Notes: generated by a model from the letters alone, not told the origin. A stretch of DNA of 64,000 nucleotides from an uncultured Elusimicrobiaceae bacterium (GCA_964417965.1 CAYQJX010000004.1:52405-116404); one strand, 5' to 3'. Positions 51,911 to 63,252 are shown, counted from the first letter of the stretch. A program made the numbers and translations.

Positions 51911-52583
51911 CATTTATTCCAGCTTCATGTTCATGAAGCTGCAGCCGGAGTTCCGGCGGCTCATCTCCAACGAGAAGATCGCCGCCAAGCAGGAATTCGA
52001 GAACATGGTGGGCGCCGCGCAGGAGAAGCTGTTCCTGCGCACCTACCTGGTCTCCGGCCTGCGCTCCGACGCGGACATCCTGATCTGGCGCATGTCCGAC
52101 GACATCGCCTACCTGCAGGAGATAGGCGCGCGCACCTTCTCCGCCGGCGCGGGCCGCTACTTCACGCCGACCTACTGCTACCTCGGCGTGCACCCGGGCG
52201 CGGACCCGGCGCTGCAGAAGAAGGACCTGGAGTTCGGCTTCCTGCCCAAGGACACCTTCGGCAGGCACCGCTTCATGCTGCTGCACCCGGTGGTGAAGTC
52301 GCATAACTGGTACGAGCTGTCCGAGACCGAGCGGGCCAAGCTGACCGCCGAGCGGGCGCAGGTGGTAGCGCGCTACGGCGGCATCCAGGAGAACATCTTC
52401 ACCTCCTGCGGCCTGGACGAGCCGGACATGATAGTCTGCCGCGAGGCCAAGGCCCTGGAAGACCTGACGGCGGCCACGCACGAGCTGCGCCTGCAGCGCA
52501 TCAAGCATTACACTTTCGACGACAAGCCGGTGTTCCTGTGCCTCGGCCGGGACCTGCGCGAGATAATGGACGCGATAAGCTGA
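51885..52583 (+). CDS. Chlorite-dismutase-family protein (HemQ/ChdC-like)
   Basis: The start is taken at MEKTKKSANIYSSFMFMKL. The length (232 aa) and pattern (WYELSETERAKL...) are typical of the Cld/HemQ family. Confidence 0.7.
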   Translation: MEKTKKSANIYSSFMFMKLQPEFRRLISNEKIAAKQEFENMVGAAQEKLFLRTYLVSGLRSDADILIWRMSDDIAYLQEIGARTFSAGAGRYFTPTYCYLGVHPGADPALQKKDLEFGFLPKDTFGRHRFMLLHPVVKSHNWYELSETERAKLTAERAQVVARYGGIQENIFTSCGLDEPDMIVCREAKALEDLTAATHELRLQRIKHYTFDDKPVFLCLGRDLREIMDAIS

Positions 52584-52611
52584 ACTTAGCCGTAATTTAA
52601 AAGGGGTTAAC

Positions 52612-53820
52612 ATGAAAACTATAGGCATCATCATGGCCGGCGGCAAGGGCGAGCGGCTCTACCCGCTCACCAAGGAGCGGTCCAAGCCGGCCGTGCCGTT
52701 CGGGGGCAAATACCGCATCATAGACTTCGTGCTCTCCAACTTCATCAACTCGGGCATCTACTCCAACTACGTGCTGGTGCAGTACATGTCCCAGTCGCTC
52801 ATCGAGTACCTGCGCTCCACCTGGAACCTCGGCGGCATCACCAAGGAGCACTTCATCACCGTCGTGCCCCCGCAGATGCGCCTGGGCGAGATGTGGTACC
52901 GCGGCACCGCCGACGCCGTGAAACAGAACCTCAACCTGATCAACGACTACAAACCCGACCTGGTGGCCATCTTCGGCGCCGACCATATCTACCGCATGGA
53001 CATCAGGCAGATGATAGATTTCCACGTGGCCAGCAAGGCCGACGTGACCGTTTCCGCCCTGACCGTCCCCCTCAAGCAGGCCTCGCGCTTCGGCACCATA
53101 GTGGTGGACGGGAAGAACCGCATCACCGCCTTCGAGGAGAAGCCCAAGAACCCCAAGCCGATGCCGGGCAACCCCAACGCCGTGCTGGCCTCCATGGGCA
53201 ACTACATCTTCAGCTACGACGCCCTGGTAAAAGTGCTCCACGAGGAATCCGGGGACGCCGCCGCGCTGGACTTCGGCAAGACCATCCTGCCCAACATCCT
53301 CAAGCGCTACCGCGTGTTCGGCTACAACTACGCCGAGCAGGTGCTGCCGGGCAGCAAGCCCTTCGAGGAAAAGAACTACTGGCGCGACGTGGGCACGCTC
53401 GAGGCCTTCTGGCAGGCCAACATGGACCTGCTGGGCGCCAAGCCCAAGATGGACCTTAACAACAAGCTCTGGCCCATCCAGGATTCCAAGCACACCGCCG
53501 GGCCCTCCAAGGTGATAGAATCCAACCTGCAGGACTGCATGCTGTCCGACGGCTGCATGATAACGCAGTCGTCGCTGAAGCGCTGCATCCTCGCCCACGA
53601 CGTGATCGTGCACGAGAAATGCCAGCTCGAAGACTGCATTATCATGGACGCCTGCGAGATCAAGGCCGGCTGCCGCCTCAAGAAGGTCATCATGGACCGC
53701 TACAACACCATCGAGGCCAAGACCACCATCGGCTACAACTCCGACCAGGACGCGCAGCATTACTATATCGACCCGGACGGCCTGATAGTCATACCGCGCG
53801 GTATCTCCAAGTGGCAATAA
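52612..53820 (+). CDS. glgC: Glucose-1-phosphate adenylyltransferase
   Basis: AGGKGERLYPLTKERSKPAVPFGGKYRIIDFVLSN and a C-terminal left-handed beta-helix. Confidence 0.92.
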   Translation: MKTIGIIMAGGKGERLYPLTKERSKPAVPFGGKYRIIDFVLSNFINSGIYSNYVLVQYMSQSLIEYLRSTWNLGGITKEHFITVVPPQMRLGEMWYRGTADAVKQNLNLINDYKPDLVAIFGADHIYRMDIRQMIDFHVASKADVTVSALTVPLKQASRFGTIVVDGKNRITAFEEKPKNPKPMPGNPNAVLASMGNYIFSYDALVKVLHEESGDAAALDFGKTILPNILKRYRVFGYNYAEQVLPGSKPFEEKNYWRDVGTLEAFWQANMDLLGAKPKMDLNNKLWPIQDSKHTAGPSKVIESNLQDCMLSDGCMITQSSLKRCILAHDVIVHEKCQLEDCIIMDACEIKAGCRLKKVIMDRYNTIEAKTTIGYNSDQDAQHYYIDPDGLIVIPRGISKWQ

Positions 53821-54761
53821 ACGGCAAGAAATTCCGCCTGAAGAACCGCGAGGAGATCCTCCTGCTCCTCGGCGCGCAGGACGAGGACCTCAAGGAGCTC
53901 GAGAAGACCCTGAAGGTGCGGGTCTTCGTGCGCCACAACCCGGAGACGGAAAGCGCGGAACTGACGGTGACCGGCAAGCCGGTGGCCGTGGACAAGGCCC
54001 TGCTGCGCCTGCGGCAGACCCTGGAAGAATTCTACGACGCGCGCCTGGCCCCCGCCGAAGCCAAGCCGGAGGAGACCCCCGCCCTGCCCGACGGCGCGCT
54101 GTACAAGACCTCTTACGGCGAGCTCCTGCGCCCCCGGGGCGAGAACCAGAAAAAATACGTGGAGGCCATCCTTGCCGGCGACCTGACCGTGGGCATCGGC
54201 CCGGCCGGCACCGGCAAGACCTACCTGGCCGCGGTCTGCGCCCTGCGCGCCCTGCGCGCCGGGGAAGTAAAACGCATCATCCTCACCCGCCCCATAGTCG
54301 AGGCCGGAGAGAAACTGGGCTACCTGCCCGGCGACATCTCCGAGAAAGTACACCCGTACCTGCGCCCCCTTTACGACGCTTTCCACGCGCTGCTCGGCCC
54401 TGACAAGTTCAGAGCGCTGCGCGCCGACGAAGTGATAGAGACCGTGCCGCTGGCCTATATGCGCGGCCGGACGCTGGAGAACGCCTTTATCATCCTCGAC
54501 GAGGCGCAGAACACGCTGCCGGAACAGATGAAGATGTTCCTGACCCGCATGGGCATGTATTCCAAGGTAGTGGTCACCGGCGACGTGACCCAGATAGATA
54601 TCAAGGAAAAGGACCGCTCCGGCCTGGTGCTGATCAAGGATATCCTGAAAAAGACGAACGGCGTAAAGTTCGTCTCCTTCTCGGCCAGGGACGTGGTGCG
54701 CCACCCGCTGGTAAAGGACATTCTCGCCGCCTACGAGGCCTGGGAAAAGGAGAACGGCTGA
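53811..54761 (+). CDS. phoH: PhoH-like ATPase
   Basis: GPAGTGKTYLA and ILDEAQN. A GTG start at 53811 overlaps the glgC stop. The upstream part of the track ORF lies inside glgC. Confidence 0.88.
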   Translation: MAINGKKFRLKNREEILLLLGAQDEDLKELEKTLKVRVFVRHNPETESAELTVTGKPVAVDKALLRLRQTLEEFYDARLAPAEAKPEETPALPDGALYKTSYGELLRPRGENQKKYVEAILAGDLTVGIGPAGTGKTYLAAVCALRALRAGEVKRIILTRPIVEAGEKLGYLPGDISEKVHPYLRPLYDAFHALLGPDKFRALRADEVIETVPLAYMRGRTLENAFIILDEAQNTLPEQMKMFLTRMGMYSKVVVTGDVTQIDIKEKDRSGLVLIKDILKKTNGVKFVSFSARDVVRHPLVKDILAAYEAWEKENG

Positions 54762-55189
54762 TGGCCGTCTCCGTTTTCTTCGAACCCGCCGCCGGGAAAG
54801 AAGCCCCGGCCAACAGGCGCCTGCTGGCCAGGGCGGCGGCGCTGGGCCTGGGCCGCCACGCGGCAAAACCCGTCAACCTGGTCTACACCGGCGGGCCCGG
54901 CATAAAGGCGCTCAACCGCCGCTTCCTCGGGCGTGACCGCCTCACCGACGTGATAGCCTTCAACCTCCCCCCCGCGCCCGTGCCCGGCTCGCCCTGGGGC
55001 GAGATCTATATCTGCGCGCCGGTGGCCGCCAGGCAGGCCCGCCGCATGGGACACTCCCTGCTCACGGAACTGCTGGTGCTGACCGTCCACGGCGCGCTGC
55101 ACCTGGCCGGCATGGACGACGCCACCCCGGCCCTGCGGCGCCGCATGAACGAGCGCACGGCCCGCCTGCTCAGGCGGCTGATCGCCTGA
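54761..55189 (+). CDS. ybeY: rRNA maturation endoribonuclease YbeY
   Basis: HGALHLAGMDD zinc-binding motif. phoH-ybeY synteny and an ATGA-type overlap. Confidence 0.88.
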   Translation: MAVSVFFEPAAGKEAPANRRLLARAAALGLGRHAAKPVNLVYTGGPGIKALNRRFLGRDRLTDVIAFNLPPAPVPGSPWGEIYICAPVAARQARRMGHSLLTELLVLTVHGALHLAGMDDATPALRRRMNERTARLLRRLIA

Positions 55190-55216
55190 CGCGGGCCCCC
55201 GCCCTTATTTGATAAA

Positions 55217-55888
55217 ATGTATATAAATATGCGCCATTTACTGATGCTCGCCCTGCTCCTGGCCCCCTTCTCCGACGCTCGCGCGGAGGGGCAGGCCGAC
55301 CCCGCCATAGACGCCGAACAGCTCAGCCAGGACATGATAAAGAACATAGACAACTTGATCGGCCAGGTGAACAACAAGATCCAGTCCGACAAGCCGGTGA
55401 CCGACCAGGATTTCGATTCCTTCTTCGGGGAATCTTTCTTTGCCGGCTCGCAGGACCCGATCCAAGGGCTGGAGCTGGCCCAGAAGCGCATCAACGACAA
55501 GCTGGGCGCGCACCAGCAGGTCAACGACAAGTACGGCAAATGGATGGAAAAGAAGCTCTCCGCCGCCGACCTCAAGCCCGAGGTGGTGCCGGACGACGAG
55601 CATATCACCGTGAACCTCAAGACCCCGGAGAACGCGGAAGACTCGATGAAGATAAACATCGAAAAAAGCCGCATCAAGCTCAACTACGCCCAGGTGGAGA
55701 CCCGCCAGGAGCTGAAATCGGACGGCACGGTGGAGGCCTCTTCCTTTACCCGCCGGCGCTCCCGCGTGCTGGCCGTGCCCAAAGGCGCCAACCCGGCCAA
55801 GTACAAGGTCAGTTCCTACAAGGGCGGCGTCAGCATAATTTTCGACAGGCTGAAGAAGGGCAAGAAACGCACGGAGGCTTCCAAGTGA
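55217..55888 (+). CDS. Hypothetical secreted protein
   Basis: Signal peptide [20 protein letters not shown] recognise no family. Its stop overlaps the leuS GTG start. Confidence 0.5.
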   Translation: MYINMRHLLMLALLLAPFSDARAEGQADPAIDAEQLSQDMIKNIDNLIGQVNNKIQSDKPVTDQDFDSFFGESFFAGSQDPIQGLELAQKRINDKLGAHQQVNDKYGKWMEKKLSAADLKPEVVPDDEHITVNLKTPENAEDSMKINIEKSRIKLNYAQVETRQELKSDGTVEASSFTRRRSRVLAVPKGANPAKYKVSSYKGGVSIIFDRLKKGKKRTEASK

Positions 55889-58401
55889 ATACCGAGACCA
55901 TCGCCCGCACTTTCCAGGAGATAGACGTCCGCCAGCAGGCGCGCTGGAAGGAACTGAACGCTTTCAAGACGGCCCGGCTGCCCGGCAAGCCCAAGTTCTA
56001 CTGCCTCGACATGTTCCCCTACCCTTCAGGCGACGGCCTGCACGTCGGCCACCCCGAGGGCTATACCGCCACCGACATACTCTGCCGCTACAAGCGGATG
56101 AAAGGTTTTGAAGTGCTGCACCCGATGGGCTGGGACGCCTTCGGCCTGCCCGCCGAGAACTACGCTATCTCCACCGGCGTGCACCCGCGCGTCACCACGG
56201 AAAAGAACTGCTCCACTTTCAAGCGCCAGATAGACTCGCTGGGCTTCAGCTACGACTGGGAACGCGAGATAAACACCACCGACCCCGCTTATTACAAGTG
56301 GACGCAGTGGATCTTCCTGCAGCTGTTCAAGAAAGGCCTGGCCTACGAGACCACCAGCCCGATAAACTGGTGCCCCAAGTGCAAGACCGGCCTGGCCAAC
56401 GAGGAAGTGTTCCAGGGCAAGTGCGACCGCTGCGAGACTCCCATAGAGAAAAAGAACCTCAGGCAGTGGATGCTCAAGATCACCGCCTACGGCGACCGCC
56501 TGCTCTCGGACCTGGCCGGCACCGACTGGCCCCACTCCACCCGGCTGATGCAGGAGAACTGGATAGGCCGCTCCGAAGGCGCCGAAGTGGACTTTGCCCT
56601 GCCCGACGGGAGCAAGCTGACCGTTTTCACCACCCGCCCCGACACCCTTTACGGCGCCACCTACATGGTGCTGGCCCCCGAACACCCGCTTACGCTGAAA
56701 CTGGCCTCGCCTGAGCAGCGGGCGGCCGTGGAGGCCTACGTGGCCGCCGCCGGCAACAAGTCGGACCTCGAGCGCACGGAACTGGCCAAGGACAAGACCG
56801 GCGTGTTCACCGGCGCCTGGGCCGTGAACCCCGTCAACGGCGAGAAACTCCCCATCTGGACGGCCGACTACGTACTCACCACCTACGGCACCGGCGCCAT
56901 CATGGCCGTGCCCGCCCACGACGACCGCGACCACGAGTTCGCGGTAAAGTTCGGCCTGAAGATCATTGAAGTGCTGAAAGCCCCCGCGGACTGGAAAGGC
57001 GAGGGCGCCTTCTGCGGCGACGGCACCGCCATAAATTCCGGCATCATAGACGGCCTGCCCACCCCGGAGGCCAAGAAGAAGATAACCAGGTGGCTGGGCG
57101 AGAAGGGCATAGGCCGCGCCAAGGTGAATTTCAAGCTGCGCGACTGGATCTTCTCCCGCCAGCGCTACTGGGGCGAGCCGATACCGCTGGTACATTGCCC
57201 CAAGTGCGGCACCGTACCGGTGCCTGAAAGCGAGCTGCCGGTACTGCTGCCCGAAGTAGAGAAATACCAGCCCACCGGCACCGGGGAATCCCCCCTGGCC
57301 GCGATAGACTCCTGGGTGAACACCTCGTGCCCGTCCTGCGGCGGCCCCGGCAAACGCGAGACCAACACCATGCCCCAGTGGGGCGGTTCCTGCTGGTACT
57401 ACCTGCGCTACATAGACCCGAAGAACGCTTCGGTCTTCGTGGATAAAGAGCTGGAGAAGGCCTGGATGCCGGTGGACCTCTACATCGGCGGCACCGAGCA
57501 CGCCGTGCTGCACCTGCTCTACGCCCGGTTCTGGCACAAGGTACTGTTCGACCTGGGGCAGGTCTCCACTACCGAACCCTTCAAGAAACTCGTGCACCAG
57601 GGCATGATACTCTCCTACGCCTACCGCGACGGGAAAGGCGCCTACCGCCCCTATAACGAGCTCGACATCGCCGAAGACGGCGGAGCGGTCACCTCCGAAG
57701 GCGAGAAGCTCAAGCCGATGGTGGAGAAGATGTCCAAGTCAAAGAAGAACGTGATCAACCCCGACGAAGTGGTAGGGCGCTACGGGGCCGACGCGTTCCG
57801 CCTGTACGAGATGTTCATGGGCCCGCTCGAAGATTCCAAGCCCTGGAATATCCGCGGCATAGAGGGCGTGTACCGCTTCCTGAGGCGCGCCTACGCCTGG
57901 GGGCTGGAGCACGGAGGCTCCCTGACGGACGCCAAGGCCTCCGGGCCGGACCTGATCCTGCGCCACCAGACCATAGACAAGGTGGGCGCAGATATAGAGG
58001 CGCTCAAGTTCAACACCGCCATCTCCGCGCTGATGATCTACCTGAACAGCCTCACTGAAAAGAAAGAAGCCTCGCGGGAGGACTACGAGACCTTTATCAC
58101 CCTGCTGCACCCTTTCGCGCCGCACATAGCCGACGAGATGTGGGAGCTGGCCGGCGGCAAGGGCACGCTGATGTCCCGCGCCTGGCCCGAGGCGGACAAG
58201 GCCGTCATCGCCTCGCGCGACATAGAGATCCCGGTGCAGGTGAACGGCAAGGTGAAAGAGCGCCTGAGCGTGAAGGAAACCACGCCGCAGGACGAGATCA
58301 AGCGCCTGGCCCTGGAGGCCGCGGCGCCGCATACGGCCGGCAAGACCATCGTTAAAACGATAATCGTGCCCGGCCGCCTGGTAAGCATTGTGGTGAAATG
58401 A
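55885..58401 (+). CDS. leuS: Leucine--tRNA ligase
   Basis: HVGHPEGY (HIGH) and KMSKSK motifs. The GTG start gives [14 protein letters not shown].... The upstream part of the track ORF is out-of-context Arg/Gly-rich sequence. Confidence 0.95.
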   Translation: MNTETIARTFQEIDVRQQARWKELNAFKTARLPGKPKFYCLDMFPYPSGDGLHVGHPEGYTATDILCRYKRMKGFEVLHPMGWDAFGLPAENYAISTGVHPRVTTEKNCSTFKRQIDSLGFSYDWEREINTTDPAYYKWTQWIFLQLFKKGLAYETTSPINWCPKCKTGLANEEVFQGKCDRCETPIEKKNLRQWMLKITAYGDRLLSDLAGTDWPHSTRLMQENWIGRSEGAEVDFALPDGSKLTVFTTRPDTLYGATYMVLAPEHPLTLKLASPEQRAAVEAYVAAAGNKSDLERTELAKDKTGVFTGAWAVNPVNGEKLPIWTADYVLTTYGTGAIMAVPAHDDRDHEFAVKFGLKIIEVLKAPADWKGEGAFCGDGTAINSGIIDGLPTPEAKKKITRWLGEKGIGRAKVNFKLRDWIFSRQRYWGEPIPLVHCPKCGTVPVPESELPVLLPEVEKYQPTGTGESPLAAIDSWVNTSCPSCGGPGKRETNTMPQWGGSCWYYLRYIDPKNASVFVDKELEKAWMPVDLYIGGTEHAVLHLLYARFWHKVLFDLGQVSTTEPFKKLVHQGMILSYAYRDGKGAYRPYNELDIAEDGGAVTSEGEKLKPMVEKMSKSKKNVINPDEVVGRYGADAFRLYEMFMGPLEDSKPWNIRGIEGVYRFLRRAYAWGLEHGGSLTDAKASGPDLILRHQTIDKVGADIEALKFNTAISALMIYLNSLTEKKEASREDYETFITLLHPFAPHIADEMWELAGGKGTLMSRAWPEADKAVIASRDIEIPVQVNGKVKERLSVKETTPQDEIKRLALEAAAPHTAGKTIVKTIIVPGRLVSIVVK

Positions 58402-58412
58402 CAGGGGGCAAT

Positions 58413-59006
58413 ATGAAGAAACTCTTACTCTTGGCCGCGGCGTTGGGGCTGGCGGCCTGCGGCGGGTCTTCGGACATCATCTACAAGCCGGCGGCCCAGA
58501 AGCTGCCGCAGCACATCAAGAAGATCGCCGTACGGCCTTTCTCCAACAAGACCCAGCAGTTCGGCCTTGAAGAGAAGCTGACGCTGAAAGTGATAGACGA
58601 GTTCCTTAAGAACGGGGAATACACGGTCTCGCCGGAAAGCGCCGCGCAGGGCGTGCTGGTGGGCGAGATCAACCACTATATCCTGACCCCCATACAGTAC
58701 GACGTGAACCTGGTCCCCACGGTCTACAAGCTCAACGTCATAGCCGCCGTGCGCCTGCTGGACAAGGAGCAGAACCGCTACCTCTGGGAGGAGCCGGCCC
58801 TGCAGGTCACCAAGATGTACTCCGCCGCCAACCTGCCCGGGGGCTTTACCGAAGAGCAGGCCAGGGAAAGCCTGTGGGAGATCCTGGCCAAGGACGTGGT
58901 GCTGCGCACCGTGGAGGGCTTCGGCTCGGTCTCTAGCACCTCGCAGAAAAGGCTGCCCGGCAACCAGGACAAGCAGCCCGAAGGCACGACGAACCCCAAC
59001 CCCTGA
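58413..59006 (+). CDS. lptE: LPS-assembly lipoprotein LptE-like
   Basis: Lipobox LGLAAC, about 195 aa, in the conserved leuS-lptE-holA order. A GGGGG Shine-Dalgarno precedes ATG 58413. Confidence 0.6.
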   Translation: MKKLLLLAAALGLAACGGSSDIIYKPAAQKLPQHIKKIAVRPFSNKTQQFGLEEKLTLKVIDEFLKNGEYTVSPESAAQGVLVGEINHYILTPIQYDVNLVPTVYKLNVIAAVRLLDKEQNRYLWEEPALQVTKMYSAANLPGGFTEEQARESLWEILAKDVVLRTVEGFGSVSSTSQKRLPGNQDKQPEGTTNPNP

Positions 59007-60007
59007 TGCAGACCCTGACCCCCAAAGCGCTGGCCGACGAATGGGCCAAAAATAAAACCCGCACGGTCTACTACCTGGCGGGCGAAGAGGTCGCGGCCAA
59101 GGAAGCCGCGCTGAAGCGGCTCGAGGGGATCTTCAAACCGGAATCTTTTAATTTTTCCGTGCGCGACGCCGAGACCGGCGACATGGACCAGGCGCTCGAC
59201 GAAGCGCGCACCGCGCCCATGCTGGCCGAGGTGCGCTTCGTGGCGCTCAAGCACGTGGAGAAGCTCAAGAAGGAGCCGCTGAAGGCCCTGCTGGCCTACC
59301 TGGCCGACCCCTGCCCCAGCGCCTGCCTGCTCCTGCTGGCGGACTGGCCCCGCGAGAAGCAGGACCCCCTGCCCGGCGCCTTGGGCGCCGACGCCGCCCT
59401 GGTGGACTTCGCCCCGATGTCGGACCGGCAGGCCATAGAGCACCTCAACACGGTGCTGCTGGGCAAAGGGGTAAAGACCGACGGCCAGGCCCTGGAGCTC
59501 CTGGTGGAACTGCTGGGCACCGACTCCGTGACGCTCGACGGCGAAGCGGAAAAGATCATCCTCTTCATGCACGGTTCCAGCCGGGTGTTCGGCCCCGACG
59601 ACGCGCTGGCGCTGGCCGGCTTCGCCAGGACCGGCAACCCCTTCGAACTCTCCAACGCCGTCTGCGCCAGGCAGCCGGCGCAGGCCGCGCAGGCCGCCGC
59701 GCGGATGCTGGCCTCCGGCGCGGAACCGCTGGCCCTGCTGTCGCAGGCCTCGAGGGCGGTAGAAAGATTATTAAAGGTAAAGCGCCTGTCGGCGGCCGGG
59801 GAAGGCCCCGGAGCCTGCTACCAGGCCGGGCTGTCCCCCGGCCAGTACCACGCCCTCCTGAAGGACGCCTCTTCCTATACCGAGGAGAAACTGCTCAGGA
59901 GCCTGCGGCGCTGCCTGGAGGCCGAGGAGCTGCTCAAATCCTCCTCCAAGCGCGACCCCGGCCTGGTAGTGCGGCAGCTGATCTACGAGATCACGGGAAC
60001 AAAATAG
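59006..60007 (+). CDS. holA: DNA polymerase III delta subunit
   Basis: Size and pattern (VYYLAGEE...LFMHGSS...) fit, as does synteny after lptE. Confidence 0.8.
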   Translation: MQTLTPKALADEWAKNKTRTVYYLAGEEVAAKEAALKRLEGIFKPESFNFSVRDAETGDMDQALDEARTAPMLAEVRFVALKHVEKLKKEPLKALLAYLADPCPSACLLLLADWPREKQDPLPGALGADAALVDFAPMSDRQAIEHLNTVLLGKGVKTDGQALELLVELLGTDSVTLDGEAEKIILFMHGSSRVFGPDDALALAGFARTGNPFELSNAVCARQPAQAAQAAARMLASGAEPLALLSQASRAVERLLKVKRLSAAGEGPGACYQAGLSPGQYHALLKDASSYTEEKLLRSLRRCLEAEELLKSSSKRDPGLVVRQLIYEITGTK

Positions 60008-60011
60008 CGAA

Positions 60012-60034
60012 ACCCCGGCTTACAGCTCCGGGGT
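60012..60034. terminator. Weak hairpin between convergent holA and rpsT
   Basis: ACCCCGG-(9 nt)-CCGGGGT forms a 7-bp stem. The U tracts are poor. Confidence 0.3.
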
Positions 60035-60057
60035 CCGCTCTTTCAATTAAATGAAAG

Positions 60058-60363
60058 TTATTTTACGGAAGGGTTCTGCGCGATCGACTTGATGCGCGCG
60101 GACAGGCGGGACTTCTTGCGAGCCGCGTTCTTCCAGTGAATAGTACCGGACTTAGCGGCTTTGTCGAGCAGCGCGTAAGCTTTCGGCAGCATCTTCTGAG
60201 CGTTTTCCATGTCCTTCTTGGCGACGAGCGCGCCGAATTCTTTGGAAGCGTCGTGAATACGGGTTTTTACGCCCCTGTTCTTAGAGGCCAGTTTTTCTGA
60301 TTTGCGCCAGGCTTTAATAGCGCTGGTATGCCTTCCGGTCTTGAGTTTTGCCATAATGGACAT
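60058..60363 (-). CDS. rpsT: 30S ribosomal protein S20
   Basis: MAKLKTGRHTSAIKAWRKSEK...AARKKSRL. The start is either ATG 60363 (MSIMAKL) or 60354 (MAKL). Confidence 0.9.
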   Translation of the reverse strand: MSIMAKLKTGRHTSAIKAWRKSEKLASKNRGVKTRIHDASKEFGALVAKKDMENAQKMLPKAYALLDKAAKSGTIHWKNAARKKSRLSARIKSIAQNPSVK

Positions 60364-60436
60364 AGTTTATCATTCTGCGGCAGAAAAAGCAAATTCCCCC
60401 TCGGCGGCGGGCGGCGGCAGGGCCTTTACCCGCGGC

Positions 60437-61948
60437 ATGGCGGGCATGGCCGGGGCCGGGTTGATAACCAAGGCGCTGGGCTACCTGCGGGACGCCATGC
60501 TGGTGGCTTTTTTCGGCGGCGGGGCCCTGGCCGACGCCTATTACGCGGCCTTCCGCCTGGTAAACGTTTTCAGGCGCACCGTAGGGGAAGGGGCGCTCAA
60601 CGCGGTCTTCATCCCGATGTTCGAGCGGGAGAAGGCCAAGCCGGAGCCGGCGGCGCGGCGTTTTTTTGCCTCGGCCTGGACCGTGATCTTCTGCCTTTCG
60701 GCGCTGGCGGCCGCGGCCGGTATACTCTTCAGGCGGGAGCTGGTGACGCTGGCCGCCTGGGGGTTCCGCTCCGACCCGGGCCAGCTGGAACTGACGGCCC
60801 TGCTTACGGCCGTGCTGATGCCCCACCTGCTCTTCGTGAACGTCTCGGCGTTCTTCACGGCCGCGCTCAATTCCGCCCGGCGCTTCTTCATGCCGGCCCT
60901 GGCCCCTGCGGCCTTCTCCCTGTCCGTCATCGCCCTGCTGCTGGCTTTCTATTACGGCGTCTTCACGGCGCTGGACCCACGGGGCAAGATAATACTGCTG
61001 GCGGCCGTGGCCTCGGCCTCCGGGCTGCTGCAGCTCCTTGCGCTGCTGCCGTTCCTTAAGAAGGAAGGCTACGCGCTCTCTTTCTCCAACCCGTTCAGGG
61101 ACCTCTCCGCCGCCCCGGCGCTGCTGGTCGCGGTCCCCGCCGCCCTTACCCTGGCGCAGGACCAGGTCTCGATGCTGATCAACACCCTTTTCGCCAGCTT
61201 CCTCCCCCCCGGCTCCATAACCGCCATCTACAACTCGGCCCGCCTGGTGCAGTTCCCCGTCTCTCTGTTCGCGGCGACGGCGGCCGCCGTTTCCCTGCCG
61301 GAGCTGGCGGCCAGGAGCGCGGCCGGCGACCGCGAAGGCTTCAGGGCGCAGCTCAAGCCGGCCCTGGCCTCCTCGTGGCTCATCATGCTGCCGGCCGCAG
61401 CCGGCATAGCCGTCATGGCGCTGCCGGTCTGCCGGGCCCTGTTCGAACACGGGCTGTTCTCGCCGGAGCAGAGCCGGCTCACCGCTTCTGCCCTGTTCTG
61501 GCTGGCTCTCGGCCTGCCGGCCTACGGCTTCAACAAGGTGGCGGCCTCCTCGCTTTACGCGTTAGGCCGCCAGGGCGAACCGCTGGCCATAATCACCGCC
61601 CAGCTGGCGCTCAACGCCGCCTTGTGCCTGCCGCTGATGGGCCGGCTGGGGGCCGGCGGCCTGATGCTCGCCACGTCCATCAGTTCCTGGGCCGCCGCGG
61701 CCGCTTTCGCGCTGGCCCTGCGCGCGCGCTCCGGCGCCAATCCGCTGGCCGGCCTCCCCGTGTTCCGCCCGGCGCTGGCCGCCCTGGCGGCCGCGCTGAC
61801 CGCCCTGCTGCTCCGGGAGACCCTGGCCGGGGCCGGGCCGACAGCGGTGACCGCGGCGGGCGTGCCGGCGGCCGTGATCGTTTATTTTATCGCGCTGAGG
61901 CTGCTGCGGGTGGAAGAGCGGGCCGTCATAACGGGAGGGAGGTTCTGA
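60437..61948 (+). CDS. murJ: Lipid II flippase MurJ (MviN)
   Basis: ITKALGYLRDAMLVAFFGGGALADAYYAAFRLVNVFRR..GEGALNAVFIPMF. The start is uncertain (60437/60446, or 60356, which would overlap rpsT). Confidence 0.85.
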   Translation: MAGMAGAGLITKALGYLRDAMLVAFFGGGALADAYYAAFRLVNVFRRTVGEGALNAVFIPMFEREKAKPEPAARRFFASAWTVIFCLSALAAAAGILFRRELVTLAAWGFRSDPGQLELTALLTAVLMPHLLFVNVSAFFTAALNSARRFFMPALAPAAFSLSVIALLLAFYYGVFTALDPRGKIILLAAVASASGLLQLLALLPFLKKEGYALSFSNPFRDLSAAPALLVAVPAALTLAQDQVSMLINTLFASFLPPGSITAIYNSARLVQFPVSLFAATAAAVSLPELAARSAAGDREGFRAQLKPALASSWLIMLPAAAGIAVMALPVCRALFEHGLFSPEQSRLTASALFWLALGLPAYGFNKVAASSLYALGRQGEPLAIITAQLALNAALCLPLMGRLGAGGLMLATSISSWAAAAAFALALRARSGANPLAGLPVFRPALAALAAALTALLLRETLAGAGPTAVTAAGVPAAVIVYFIALRLLRVEERAVITGGRF

Positions 61949-63252
61949 TGGACCTTTCGCATCTCCCCGACGGCCCCGGCGTCTACCTGATGCGCGACGC
62001 CGCGGGGGCGGTGCTCTACGTCGGCAAGGCCAAGAGCCTGCGCGCGCGGGTAGGCCAGTATTTCCAGAAGAACCCCGCCGACACACGCGGCAAGATCCCC
62101 AACCTGGTGGCGCTGATACGGCGCATAGATTACATCGCCTCGGCCAGCGAGCGGGAGGCCCTGCTGACCGAACGCCAGCTCATACAGAAACTGCAGCCCT
62201 TCTTCAACGCCATGTGGAAGGACTCCAAGTCCTACCCGTACCTGGAGATAACCCGGGAGGATTTCCCGCGCCTCCTCTTCACCCGGCGCAAGACGCGCGA
62301 CGGCGGGCTTTATTTCGGCCCCTACCCCAAGGTGGAACCTCTCAAGAAACTTATCGCCCACCTGTGGCGGATAAAATTCGTGAACCTGCGGCGCTGCCGC
62401 TGGGACTTTTCCCTGGAGAAACCGCTGGACGAAAAGAAGATAAAGGCCTGCCTCTACTTCCACACAGGGCAGTGCACCGCGCCCTGCGCCGGAAAGATCT
62501 CCCGCTCCGCCTACGGGGCGCTGGCCGCGCGCGTGGCCGATTTCCTTAAAGGCGATTTCAGTAAACTTCGCCGGTCCTTCGAAAAAAAGATGGGGGATGC
62601 GGCGGCCGGCCTGGCCTACGAGCAGGCCGGGATGTACCGGGATTTTCTCAACGCCTTCGACCACATGGCGGAACGGGTGCTGGTGGGCAAACTGGAGCCG
62701 GACTTCATGGAGCGGGCCGTGGGCCGCACCGGCGCGGTGACGGCGCTGAAGGAAGCGCTGGGCCTGGCGCGGCCGCCGGCGCATATAGAGTGTTTCGACA
62801 CCTCCAGCCTCTTCGGCCGGCAGGCGGTAGGCTCCTCGGTCTGCTTTGTTAACGGCGAAAAAAACACTCCGCATTACCGGCGCTACAGGATCAAGTTCGA
62901 GAACAAGCCCGGCGGCTCGGACGATTTCGCGATGATAGAGGAAATAGTGGGGCGGCGCCTGGCGCAGCTAAAGAAGGCCGGGGAAAGTTTCCCCGACCTG
63001 CTGGTGATAGACGGCGGACCAGGCCAGCTGGCGGCCGCGATGAAGGCCCTGGCGGCGGCTAAAGTAAAGCTGCCGCTGATAAGCCTGGCCAAGCGGCTCG
63101 AGGAGATCTACTCCCCGCTGCGCTCCCGGCCGCTGCTGCTGGACCGCGCGCACCCGGGCCTGCGCCTCCTCCAGGCCCTGCGCGACGAAGCCCACCGCTT
63201 CGGCATCACGTACCACCGGAAGCTGCGCGGCAAATCGGAACTAGAAGGCTGA
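61948..63252 (+). CDS. uvrC: Excinuclease ABC subunit C, short form lacking C-terminal (HhH)2
   Basis: GIY-YIG (GVYLMRDAAGAVLYVGKAKSLRARV), a UVR motif (LAYEQAGMYRDFLNAF) and an RNase-H-like endonuclease domain (LLVIDGGPGQL...RDEAHRF). It ends at 434 aa. TGATG overlap with murJ. Confidence 0.85.
   Translation: MDLSHLPDGPGVYLMRDAAGAVLYVGKAKSLRARVGQYFQKNPADTRGKIPNLVALIRRIDYIASASEREALLTERQLIQKLQPFFNAMWKDSKSYPYLEITREDFPRLLFTRRKTRDGGLYFGPYPKVEPLKKLIAHLWRIKFVNLRRCRWDFSLEKPLDEKKIKACLYFHTGQCTAPCAGKISRSAYGALAARVADFLKGDFSKLRRSFEKKMGDAAAGLAYEQAGMYRDFLNAFDHMAERVLVGKLEPDFMERAVGRTGAVTALKEALGLARPPAHIECFDTSSLFGRQAVGSSVCFVNGEKNTPHYRRYRIKFENKPGGSDDFAMIEEIVGRRLAQLKKAGESFPDLLVIDGGPGQLAAAMKALAAAKVKLPLISLAKRLEEIYSPLRSRPLLLDRAHPGLRLLQALRDEAHRFGITYHRKLRGKSELEG

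Noticed and set aside
60354-60436. Near-leaderless rpsT mRNA from a TTGCTT-17-TAAACT promoter abutting the first ATG, and a murJ start at 60356 overlapping rpsT
   Set aside because: The promoter match is modest, and start-codon choice for both genes is ambiguous. This cannot be resolved without 5'-end mapping.
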